This document shows positions 31,033 through 39,606 of a DNA stretch of 64,000 nucleotides, in pieces; within the stretch, counting starts at the first letter, position 1; every line of letters begins with the position of its first letter. Location: contig JAOAHM010000097.1 in NCBI GenBank assembly GCA_026415235.1, positions 5,878 through 69,877 on the forward strand. The letters run 5' to 3'. The notes beneath the pieces are model-generated. The model saw nothing but the letters and a program-made list of their open reading frames with translations. It did no database searches and was not told the DNA's origin. This DNA is from Ignavibacteria bacterium (GTDB lineage: Bacteria > Bacteroidota > Ignavibacteria > Ch128b). A program made the translations under genes and the position numbers.

Positions 31033-32253
31033 TTAAGTTACTTCTAATAAATGACCAAGTTTTACTTTTTTTGTCTTTAAGTATTTTTTGTTTGTATCAG
31101 TTGGTGGAATCTCAATTGGTATTCTTTTTATTACTTTTAGTCCGTAACCACTAAGTCCAATAATTTTTTTTGGATTGTTGGTTAATAGCTGAATAGTACT
31201 TAATCCTAAATCAACTAAGATTTGTGCACCAATTCCATAATCTCTTAGGTCTGGTGGAAAACCAAGTTTTAAATTTGCTTCAACAGTATCCAAACCTTTT
31301 TCCTGAAGTTTGTAAGCATGAATTTTATTTTTCAAACCAATTCCTCTACCCTCTTGATGCATATACAATAGAACACCTTGTCCTTTCTCATTAATAATCT
31401 TTAATGATTTTTCAAGCTGCTCACCACAATCGCATCGTAAAGAATGGAAGATATCACCAGTCGTACAAGATGAATGAACACGAACCAAAATATTCTTTTT
31501 TCCTCTCACATCACCTTTAACCAATGCTAAATGATTTTCACCAGAAACTGTGTCTTCGTAAAGATGAAGAACAAACTCACCAAACTTTGTTGGTAACTCA
31601 ACTTCATAAAGTTTCTTAACAAGTTTTTCAGTTTTACGTCTGTATTCAATTAAATCTGCAATTGTTATGATTTTTAATTTAAACTTTTGTGCAATTTTAA
31701 TTAGTTCAGGAAGACGTGCCATTGTTCCGTCTTCGTTCATAATTTCGCAAATAACACCTGCAGGATAAAGTCCTGCAAGTTTTGCAAGGTCAACTGCTGC
31801 TTCTGTATGACCTGCTCTAACTAAAACACCACCTTCACGATATCTTAATGGAAAAATATGACCAGGTTTTATCAAGTCTTCAGGTTTTGTTTTTGGATTT
31901 AGAATGGTTTTGATTGTGAGTGCACGATCGTAAGCTGAAATTCCAGTTGTAATTCCTTTTTTTGCATCAACTGAAACAGTGAAGTTTGCTTCTTTAATTT
32001 CTGTTGGATTTTCCACCATCTGCTCAATTTTCAGTTGGTCTAATCTTTCACCAACAATTGGTAAACAAATTAAACCTCGCCCATACTTTGCCATGAAATT
32101 AATAATCTCTGGTGTAACTTTTTCAGCTGCACAAACAAAATCACCTTCGTTTTCACGAGAAGGGTCGTCAACTACTATTACGATTTTTCCTTTTTTAATA
32201 TCACGAATTGCACTTGAAATGTCAGCAAAAATATTTTCCTTCCTCTTCACCAT
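31033..32253 (-). CDS. ribBA: Bifunctional DHBP synthase / GTP cyclohydrolase II
   Basis: RENEGD, RAGHTEA, RVHSSCTTGDIFHSLRCDCG, QEGRGIG. Confidence 0.97.
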   Translation of the reverse strand: MVKRKENIFADISSAIRDIKKGKIVIVVDDPSRENEGDFVCAAEKVTPEIINFMAKYGRGLICLPIVGERLDQLKIEQMVENPTEIKEANFTVSVDAKKGITTGISAYDRALTIKTILNPKTKPEDLIKPGHIFPLRYREGGVLVRAGHTEAAVDLAKLAGLYPAGVICEIMNEDGTMARLPELIKIAQKFKLKIITIADLIEYRRKTEKLVKKLYEVELPTKFGEFVLHLYEDTVSGENHLALVKGDVRGKKNILVRVHSSCTTGDIFHSLRCDCGEQLEKSLKIINEKGQGVLLYMHQEGRGIGLKNKIHAYKLQEKGLDTVEANLKLGFPPDLRDYGIGAQILVDLGLSTIQLLTNNPKKIIGLSGYGLKVIKRIPIEIPPTDTNKKYLKTKKVKLGHLLEVT

Positions 32254-32873
32254 TTTTCTCCGATAAGATACTTTAATTTGTTTTCGTTATTTTCTTTTGA
32301 AAAGAGTGTCTCAACATATCTTGCTAAAATATCCACTTCAAGATTTACATAATCACCCACTTTTCGAAATTTCAAATTTGTATTCTGAAATGTATATGGA
32401 ACAATTGCAACTGAAAATTTATTTCCCATTTTTTTTGCAACCGTTAAACTAATTCCATCTATAGCTACTGAACCTTTCTCAGCAATGAATTTATTAAGTG
32501 CATCTGGTATTGAATAAACAAATTCAAAACTATCTCCAGTTTTTCTAATTGACAAAATTTTAGATACATCATCCACATGACCTGTAACAATGTGACCATC
32601 TAATCGGGAATTTAATTTTAACGCTCTTTCGATATTAACTGAATCATTAACCTTTAAAAATTTTAAGTTTGTTCTTGAGTAAGTCTCTGGTGAGATATTA
32701 AAATTACACAATGCAAAAGAGTCTGATTTCTTAATTTCACTAATAGTCAAACAAATTCCATTAACTGAGACACTATCACCAATCTTTAAATCATCTAATA
32801 AGATTTGAACACTGATTTCATTTCGATTAATGTTTTTTATTACACCTAAAGTTTCAATAATTCCTGTAAACAT
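32247..32873 (-). CDS. ribE: Riboflavin synthase
   Basis: MFTGIIE start, GDSVSVNGICLT, GHIVTGHVD, GSVAIDGISLT. Confidence 0.96.
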   Translation of the reverse strand: MFTGIIETLGVIKNINRNEISVQILLDDLKIGDSVSVNGICLTISEIKKSDSFALCNFNISPETYSRTNLKFLKVNDSVNIERALKLNSRLDGHIVTGHVDDVSKILSIRKTGDSFEFVYSIPDALNKFIAEKGSVAIDGISLTVAKKMGNKFSVAIVPYTFQNTNLKFRKVGDYVNLEVDILARYVETLFSKENNENKLKYLIGEKW

Positions 32874-32880
32874 TTTTCAT

Positions 32881-33960
32881 TCACTTAATAACTTTTGAAC
32901 GGATAAAAATATCATCACCAATTTTCTTGAATTCCAAAATTTTTGTTTTGATTGCATCACTCATTCGAATGAATCCTTCGCCTTCAACTGGTGTAACTGC
33001 GTGCTTTCCACCAATAATTTTTGGAGCAACAATACTTATTATTTCATCAACAATTTCATCTTTCAATGCTTGCCATGCAGTCAATCCACCACCTTCAATC
33101 AATATTGAGAATATTGAAATCTTTCTCAGCTCTTCTATAATTTTCTTGAAAGGAATAAATTCATTATCACTTTTTATTTGAAGAACAATCTTATTCAATC
33201 TTTTTATTTTATCAATCTTTCTTTGAGAACCACTCGAACAAATAATCACAGTAGGTAAATCATCGTTGAGTACTTGTGCTTTTAAAGGAATTTCTAAGTT
33301 ATTGTCGAGGATAATACGAACAGGATTTTTCCCCTTTCCGTGACTTGTTAAAATTGGATTATCTTTTATAACAGTATTCACACCAACTAATATTCCATCA
33401 AACTCTGTTCTAAATTTATGAATCCAATCTCTCGATTTATCTGAGCTAATCCATCTTGCGTCACCACTGACTGTTGAAATTTTTCCGTCTAATGTCATTG
33501 CATATTTCAAAACAACAAAGGATTTTTTTCGACTGAATCTTTTCGAATAATCTGAATAAAATTTTTGTAATCTCTCTTTTAATACTCCAATCTCAACTTC
33601 AATTCCAGCTTCTTTTAATTTCTTTATTCCTTCACCGCTCACAAGTGGATTTGGATCAACTATTCCTACAATAACTTTTTTAACTTTCGATTTAATTATT
33701 GCATCAACGCAAGGTGGAGTTTTACCGAAATGACTGCATGGTTCGAGAGTTACAACTAATGTTGAACCTTCTGCTTCAGCACCAGCTTCATTTAATGCAT
33801 GAATTTCTGCATGTTTATCACCAAAAAAACGATGATATCCTTGACCAATAATTTTTCCATCTTTGAAGACTACAGCACCAACATTTGGATTAGGAAATGT
33901 TTGAATTCCACCCTTAGTTGCAAGTTCAAGTGCAATTTGCATTAATTTATTTTTTGTCAT
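32881..33960 (-). CDS. ribD: Bifunctional riboflavin deaminase/reductase RibD
   Basis: PNPNVG, HAE, LEPCSH..KTPPC, TLDG, LIEGG. Confidence 0.95.
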   Translation of the reverse strand: MTKNKLMQIALELATKGGIQTFPNPNVGAVVFKDGKIIGQGYHRFFGDKHAEIHALNEAGAEAEGSTLVVTLEPCSHFGKTPPCVDAIIKSKVKKVIVGIVDPNPLVSGEGIKKLKEAGIEVEIGVLKERLQKFYSDYSKRFSRKKSFVVLKYAMTLDGKISTVSGDARWISSDKSRDWIHKFRTEFDGILVGVNTVIKDNPILTSHGKGKNPVRIILDNNLEIPLKAQVLNDDLPTVIICSSGSQRKIDKIKRLNKIVLQIKSDNEFIPFKKIIEELRKISIFSILIEGGGLTAWQALKDEIVDEIISIVAPKIIGGKHAVTPVEGEGFIRMSDAIKTKILEFKKIGDDIFIRSKVIK

Positions 33961-33972
33961 ATAAAATCGTTA

Positions 33973-33980
33973 CAAAATTA
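33973..33980 (-). promoter_or_regulatory. Putative -7 promoter element TAATTTTG upstream of ribD
   Basis: TAnnTTTG followed by TAACG, the same downstream context as the tRNA-Leu element. Confidence 0.45.
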
Positions 33981-34014
33981 GAGAAAAGGAGGGAAAAAAA
34001 TTTGCGAAAAGATG

Positions 34015-34087
34015 AGCCACCTGAGGGACTCGAACCCTCGACCTGCTCATTACGAGTGAGCTGCTCTACCATCTGAGCTAAGGTGGC
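34015..34087 (-). tRNA. tRNA-Thr(CGT), CCA not encoded
   Basis: GCCACCT/AGGTGGC acceptor, GCTCA-CTCGTAA-TGAGC anticodon arm, GTTCGAGTC T-loop. Confidence 0.96.
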
Positions 34088-34103
34088 TTTCAAACACGCA
34101 CAA

Positions 34104-34199
34104 TTATCTCAATTTCTTTTTATGTCTGTTCTTTCTTAATCTTTTTTTCCTTTTGTGCGTTGCCATTTTATGTCTTTTGCGTTTTCTTCCGCAGGGCAT
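34104..34199 (-). CDS. 31-aa basic protein, bS22/mS38 (AURKAIP1/COX24, DUF1713)-like small ribosomal protein
   Basis: MPCGRKRKRHKMATHKRKKRLRKNRHKKKLR*; AAGGAG SD 6 nt upstream; absent from ORF track; resembles remembered Bacteroidota sequence MPSGKKRKRHKxATHKRKKR. Confidence 0.85.
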   Translation of the reverse strand: MPCGRKRKRHKMATHKRKKRLRKNRHKKKLR

Positions 34200-34217
34200 A
34201 ATTTACTCCTTCTATTT

Positions 34218-35114
34218 TTAATGTGACTTTAATAATTCCGCTGCTCGATGACCTGCATCTGTATGTTCACCGAGTTCGATACATTTTTTAAAATACTCTT
34301 TTGACTTCTCTACTTCACCTTTTGTTAGCGCAACTATTCCAAGATTAAGATAAGCAATTTGATGTTTTGGATTTTTCTTAATTACACTTTCAAAAATACT
34401 CGAAGCTTTTTCTAATTGTTGCAATTCAAAATAACAAACACCCATATCTACTTGTGCATCAAAATCGTTCGGATTTAATTTCAAATATTTTTCATAATAA
34501 GAAATTGCTCTTTCAAAAAATCTGGAATCATGTAAAAGATTAGCAAGTCTTAGTAAATTATCTTTGTCATTTGGATTGTTCTTTACTTCTTCTTCAAGCC
34601 GATTAATTTCATTGATTGCATTCAAATCAACTTGTGGTTGATTTTGAATTTGCGGTTGCTGATTTACTACTTGTTTGGTTTCAGGTTCAAAACTATGGTA
34701 TAAGAACAAAAGAAAAATTCCTAAGACAAAGATTGCTAAAAAGATGTAATGTTTTGTTTCAAGCTTTTTAGGTGAAGAAGACTCAACTTTTTGTGAAGTT
34801 TTTTCTTTTTTCTTACTTGAGGATGATTTACTTATTTTCTGATTTTTCTGTTGAGTGAGATTTATTGTTTCAAAAGTTTTAACATTAGTAATTTCTTTTT
34901 CGATTACTTTTTCCTTCCCAGAAAATCCAACTCCACAATAATTACATTCTTCAGAATTAAATGGATTTTCTTCACCACATAAATCACATATTTTGAGTTT
35001 AATTATCTCAATCTCATTAGATGATTGACTATCGGATAATAACTTGTTTCCACAATTTGGACAAAATTTATCTGTTTCGTTTACTTGTTTACCACAATTA
35101 ATACAAACTTTCAT
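34218..35114 (-). CDS. Double zinc-ribbon / TM / TPR membrane protein
   Basis: CINC..CPNC and CDLC..CNYC pairs, single TM, about three C-terminal TPRs. Confidence 0.8.
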   Translation of the reverse strand: MKVCINCGKQVNETDKFCPNCGNKLLSDSQSSNEIEIIKLKICDLCGEENPFNSEECNYCGVGFSGKEKVIEKEITNVKTFETINLTQQKNQKISKSSSSKKKEKTSQKVESSSPKKLETKHYIFLAIFVLGIFLLFLYHSFEPETKQVVNQQPQIQNQPQVDLNAINEINRLEEEVKNNPNDKDNLLRLANLLHDSRFFERAISYYEKYLKLNPNDFDAQVDMGVCYFELQQLEKASSIFESVIKKNPKHQIAYLNLGIVALTKGEVEKSKEYFKKCIELGEHTDAGHRAAELLKSH

Positions 35115-35455
35115 TCGAGATTTTTCTCAACTGTTTTTCCGAGCTTCATTCCCTTATCAACAATTTGTTTGAAGTCTTTTGAAAATTTAAATGTAGGAAC
35201 ATAATGCTCTGGCACATAAACCTGTTGACCCGTCTTTGGATTTCTCGCTACTCTTGGTTTTTTCTTTTTAACTCTAAACGAACCAAAACCACGAATTTCA
35301 ATTCCATAGCCTTCTTTTAACATAGAAATAACGGTGCTTATAAATCCCTCAATGACCGCTTCTGTTTCAATTTTAGTCAAACCTGTACCAGAAGCAACCC
35401 GATCCACAATATCGGCTTTGGTCATATTCTTTGGTTTTGAAGAATTTGTACTCAT
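35111..35455 (-). CDS. HU/IHF family DNA-binding protein
   Basis: MTKADIV, IEIRGFGSF, ARNPKTG, VPTFK. Confidence 0.95.
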   Translation of the reverse strand: MSTNSSKPKNMTKADIVDRVASGTGLTKIETEAVIEGFISTVISMLKEGYGIEIRGFGSFRVKKKKPRVARNPKTGQQVYVPEHYVPTFKFSKDFKQIVDKGMKLGKTVEKNLE

Positions 35456-35514
35456 ATTTTTAACCTTTATAAATGATAGCCTTTAACTTATTATTTTTCA
35501 ATAAGTTACGAAAA

Positions 35515-35522
35515 CAAAAATA
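35515..35522 (-). promoter_or_regulatory. Putative -7 promoter element TATTTTTG upstream of the HU/IHF gene
   Basis: TAnnTTTG match, followed by a 9-bp inverted repeat at 35484-35508. Confidence 0.4.
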
Positions 35523-35624
35523 GTGAAGTAATCTCACAATGTCAATTAATTTTAATGGTATTTTTAATGTTGCCTAAGGTGATTTGAAAGAATCATTTAA
35601 TTGAGTTAAAACAAATACTTGCCA

Positions 35625-38000
35625 TTAAAATTTTTTTTTGTACACAAAAACTCCACATATTAGATACAGAATTAATGCTGAAGCAAAACTAAAAACAAAT
35701 CCAAAATTGATTAAAGTAATCACTGCAAAGAAACTCCCGAAGACCGAAAATGAACCATTAATCACCCATGCTAAAGGAATTGCGTTTTTATCCCTCACAG
35801 CAAAATATTTTATACCTAATGGAAATGGAAAACCCATCACAAAACCAAGTGGAAAAATTAATAACGACGAGATTAAAAATTTCAAATAAAAATTTTTTGC
35901 AAGTATTAAGGAAGAATAGTGAATTAAAATTTGCATCGCAACTAAACCTAAGAAAAAAATCATTACAAAAATTAAAAATTTATTACCTATCCAATTTGAG
36001 ATTTTTGAACTCATCAAACTTCCCATTCCAGATGAGATTAACAAAACACAAATTATAAAAGTAATCGAATAAACATCTGCTGATAAAATCAAATTAAATT
36101 TTTGAATTAAACTTATTTCGATAATCATGTAAGCTAATCCTATTAACGCAAAATAAATTACAACATTCCATTTCAACTCACTTTCGACTTTTGTAAACAA
36201 GGAAGCAAGAAGAAAGAGCAGAATTGTAAAGAATAGAATTATTCCAAAAGCAATCCAAATTAAAAAATATCCAAGCTCAGAATAAGTAATTGATTTCAAG
36301 GAAATTTGTTCTAAATAGGAATTGAAATTTTTCAAATTAATATAATTCGAGAAATATGGTTTATTGTCAGTTGTTGGTTTAATATTGAACAAATAATTTT
36401 CAACTTCACTGAAGTTTCGGTCTAATATTTTTTCGACTAAACTAATTATAGCAGTATCAAACACTGCGTTGAATTTAATTTTTAAATCTTCAGTTTCTGG
36501 ATTAATAAAAAAATCAAATTGATATTTCTCACAGAAGTCATTTATCAAGTTAACTTCATTACTTCTAAATTTTCCCTTCTTCAGTAAAAATGTAATTACA
36601 TTCCAATTATTTATCGCAACGATTTGTTCTCTTGAAATATTATTTCCATCACCGTTCTTTATTGAGAGCAACAAAGTCAAAATTTTTAAGAAAGTTCTTG
36701 GTGGATTGTCTATAAATGCGGATATTGAAAAGTATCCTTCATCATTTAATTTATCATATATTTTTTGAAAAGCTTCTGTTGTAAATAAATATTTTTCTTG
36801 TGCTGAATAAAGTCCTGAAGTTATTCCAACAGGTTCAATAGCAGGATAAAAAATTAAATCGAAATTAGTATTACTTCTTTCAAGAAAAATTCTTGGTTCA
36901 AAATTTTCGAAGAAAATTTGATTTTCACCTTTATCAAATGGAATTTCCTTCATTATTCGAATTAGAACTGGATTTTGTTCAGCTACATAAATCTTTTTTG
37001 TCTTATTGGCTAATGCACGATGTATCTCATAACTAATGAGTGAATTTAAGATGAGTACATTATCAAACTTTCTAATTCGATAAGGTAGAGATAAAGTTGA
37101 TTCTGTTAAAAAGTTTTTCGATAAGTTAAGATTTTGTTTCAACAAGAAACCAGCAATTTCACCATTAACTAAAATTACATCAATTGGAGGTATCTCATCA
37201 TTGTAATTTAAACTGAGTCCAGGAGCAAATCTTATCAAATCAGATGATGCTTTTTCGATAAGACCATAAGGTGATTTTATTCTTTCTTCGATTTTAAAAT
37301 CTGGAAGATTCTTTAATTTACTTATCGTTTTGAATTGGGATGGTTTAAATTCAATTGGATTTATAAAAAAATATATGCTCAATAAGGAAGAAAAAACAAC
37401 AACAAAAAGTATAAAAAAATTTTTCGTTCGATTAATAAATAAATCAAATAATAAAAACAGACAGATCAATAACCCATTCAACACAAAAACTTGTTGAGGA
37501 AAGATTATCCAAAATAGAAAAACAATACCAACCCCACCTAATGCTGAACCAAATAAATTCCAGAAATAAAGTTTATTGATTTTTTCTGATTGAGTTGAAA
37601 AAATAATTCCAATTATCAAAGCCATTAATGTAAAATTTATTGTGAAAGACAAAATGATAAAGAAAAGTTTTATAGTCTCATTGAAATCATGAAAGATTAA
37701 AAATGAATCAAATTTGCCAAAAACATTTAAGTACAAATTCAAGGACAAAACAAATGATGAAGGAGTTAATGCAATTATCCACCGAATAACTTCTTCTAAA
37801 CCAGTAAAAAATTTTCTTTGAATAAATGGTATAATTAAACCACTAATACCAAAACCAATCAACGCCATTGAAATTACAATCGAAGCAAAATGATACCACT
37901 CCTGGTAAGCAAAAATTTGCATCAATGCAATTTGATTTGAAATAACAATAAAGGATATAAGAAAGAGAATAAGATACAATTGGAAATTTTTGAATTTCAT
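35625..38000 (-). CDS. Polytopic membrane protein with central spermidine-synthase-like (class I SAM-fold) domain; fused MFS/spermidine synthase-like
   Basis: About 7 TM + soluble domain (VAEQNP, PRIFLERS..NFDLIF, FTTEAF...L..EG, PTTDNKPYF) + about 7 TM; WYHFA and LYFWNLFGSALG motifs. Confidence 0.7.
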   Translation of the reverse strand: MKFKNFQLYLILFLISFIVISNQIALMQIFAYQEWYHFASIVISMALIGFGISGLIIPFIQRKFFTGLEEVIRWIIALTPSSFVLSLNLYLNVFGKFDSFLIFHDFNETIKLFFIILSFTINFTLMALIIGIIFSTQSEKINKLYFWNLFGSALGGVGIVFLFWIIFPQQVFVLNGLLICLFLLFDLFINRTKNFFILFVVVFSSLLSIYFFINPIEFKPSQFKTISKLKNLPDFKIEERIKSPYGLIEKASSDLIRFAPGLSLNYNDEIPPIDVILVNGEIAGFLLKQNLNLSKNFLTESTLSLPYRIRKFDNVLILNSLISYEIHRALANKTKKIYVAEQNPVLIRIMKEIPFDKGENQIFFENFEPRIFLERSNTNFDLIFYPAIEPVGITSGLYSAQEKYLFTTEAFQKIYDKLNDEGYFSISAFIDNPPRTFLKILTLLLSIKNGDGNNISREQIVAINNWNVITFLLKKGKFRSNEVNLINDFCEKYQFDFFINPETEDLKIKFNAVFDTAIISLVEKILDRNFSEVENYLFNIKPTTDNKPYFSNYINLKNFNSYLEQISLKSITYSELGYFLIWIAFGIILFFTILLFLLASLFTKVESELKWNVVIYFALIGLAYMIIEISLIQKFNLILSADVYSITFIICVLLISSGMGSLMSSKISNWIGNKFLIFVMIFFLGLVAMQILIHYSSLILAKNFYLKFLISSLLIFPLGFVMGFPFPLGIKYFAVRDKNAIPLAWVINGSFSVFGSFFAVITLINFGFVFSFASALILYLICGVFVYKKKF

Positions 38001-38695
38001 TTTCCTCTTACAAATGGAACGAACCTAACAGGCATCAAATTTTTAGAATAAATTTTCTCTTCTCGTTTTTCAACTAAGACAAGGGTTTGAGTAAAGAAAG
38101 GTGAGCCAATAGGAATAACAATTTTTCCACCTTCTTTTAATTGCTCAATCAATGGTGGTGGAACAAACTCTGCTGCAGCTGTAACAACAATTGCATCAAA
38201 CGGAGCGTGTTCTTTCCAACCGTAGTAACCGTCACCATTTTTCAATTTTATATTTTTATAACCAAGCTTCTCTAATCTTTCTTTTGCTTCTTTATATAAT
38301 TCAGTAATAATCTCAATTGAATAAACTGAATCCACAATTTCTGCCAATACCGCAGCGTGATATCCTGAACCAGTCCCTATTTCTAAAACTTTTCTACATT
38401 TCTTAGGATTAATGACTTCTGTCATGTATGCAACAATATACGGTTGAGAAATAGTTTGACCATAACCGATTGGTAAAGGTCCATCATAATAAGCTTCGCT
38501 TATTCTTGATTTAGGTACAAACAGATGTCTTGGAACTTTCCTCATAGCATCCAAAACTGATTCGTCTGTAATCCCACGAGCTTTTATTTGGGAGTTTACC
38601 ATCTTTTCTCTTTGCTTTCTAAATTCATCGTTATCAAACTGAAATAAAAAAATATTCGAAATGCTAAAAAGAAAGATTAATAATTTCTTTATCAT
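37997..38695 (-). CDS. pcm: Protein-L-isoaspartate O-methyltransferase with N-terminal hydrophobic leader
   Basis: TISQP, VLEIGTGSGY, APFDAIVVTAAA, QLKEGG.IVIP, VRFVP; leader MIKKLLIFLFSISNIFLF. Confidence 0.93.
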   Translation of the reverse strand: MIKKLLIFLFSISNIFLFQFDNDEFRKQREKMVNSQIKARGITDESVLDAMRKVPRHLFVPKSRISEAYYDGPLPIGYGQTISQPYIVAYMTEVINPKKCRKVLEIGTGSGYHAAVLAEIVDSVYSIEIITELYKEAKERLEKLGYKNIKLKNGDGYYGWKEHAPFDAIVVTAAAEFVPPPLIEQLKEGGKIVIPIGSPFFTQTLVLVEKREEKIYSKNLMPVRFVPFVRGK

Positions 38696-38701
38696 TTTTA
38701 T

Positions 38702-39067
38702 TCACCGAATTGAAAAATACTCACTAAAGACAAATTCTTGAGGATCGTCGTAATTAGAAATTTTGATTCTAAATAAACTTGAAATCTCGGAATTCATTGG
38801 CACAGAATAAAAAAATGAGCCATCATTTTCTGTTTGATTAGAAATAACCTTACGAAGGACATTCTTTCTGTACAATTCAATCTTAACCTGTTTAGCTCTT
38901 GAAGAGTTTACCCATTTAATTTCATAAGTCTCACCAATTCGCCAAATTTCACCAGATTTCGGAGATATAATTTTAAATTCTTCATTGGATATAGATGGGA
39001 TATACTCAACTGAAAAATTATCTGTATCTTTTCGACAACTAACTAACAAAACTAAAGAAACAATCAA
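38702..39067 (-). CDS. Small lipoprotein with one Ig-like (Kre9/Ser-Thr-rich-like) domain
   Basis: Lipobox LVS-C; ISPKSGE.W.IG.TYEIKW, VKIEL, NDGS pattern; start codon uncertain (TTG). Confidence 0.55.
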   Translation of the reverse strand: MIVSLVLLVSCRKDTDNFSVEYIPSISNEEFKIISPKSGEIWRIGETYEIKWVNSSRAKQVKIELYRKNVLRKVISNQTENDGSFFYSVPMNSEISSLFRIKISNYDDPQEFVFSEYFSIR

Positions 39068-39179
39068 TAAATATTTAATTACCCCATAAAATATTCCTAC
39101 ACTTTTAATGACAAATTATTAAAAAATTTTTTTCTTTGAAGCAAATTAAAGTTAAGTTGCCTAATCTGTGTTATATAAA

Positions 39180-39191
39180 TATATTCACAAA
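39180..39191 (+). promoter_or_regulatory. Putative promoter element TATATTCACAAA upstream of cdd
   Basis: Identical 12-mer occurs upstream of acpP (50097-50108, minus strand); resembles a TAnnTTTG variant. Confidence 0.35.
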
Positions 39192-39205
39192 AATTTTTTG
39201 AAATT

Positions 39206-39604
39206 ATGAACATACAAAACTTAATTGAACAAGCTCAGAGAGCGAAGACTTTTTCATACTCACCTTACTCAAAATTTCGAGTAGGAGCTGCCTTACTCAC
39301 CGAAGATGATGAAATTATCTTAGGTACAAATGTAGAAAATGCATCATTTGGTTTGACATGTTGTGCTGAAAGAGTTGCAATCTTCAAAGCTTACAGTGAT
39401 GGAAAAAGAAAATTCAAAGCAATTGCGATTACTTCAGATGATAAAAACTTTTGTCCACCTTGTGGTGCTTGTCGTCAAATCATTTGGGAATTGTGTGGTG
39501 ATATTGATGTGATTTTGGTTGATGGAGCTGGTAATCACAAGATTTTCAAAGCTTCGGAATTTCTTCCATTTCCATTCGGTGATGAAAATCTGAAAGGAGT
39601 CTAA
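39206..39604 (+). CDS. cdd: Cytidine deaminase (homotetrameric type)
   Basis: [29 protein letters not shown]. Confidence 0.96.
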   Translation: MNIQNLIEQAQRAKTFSYSPYSKFRVGAALLTEDDEIILGTNVENASFGLTCCAERVAIFKAYSDGKRKFKAIAITSDDKNFCPPCGACRQIIWELCGDIDVILVDGAGNHKIFKASEFLPFPFGDENLKGV

Positions 39605-39606
39605 AT

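Noticed and set aside
33961-34014. FMN riboswitch upstream of ribD
   Set aside because: Only 54 nt available and no RFN conserved sequence
30263-34087. tRNA genes as integration sites for a genomic island
   Set aside because: No integrase, no duplicated tRNA 3' end seen and no obvious compositional break; flanking genes are housekeeping
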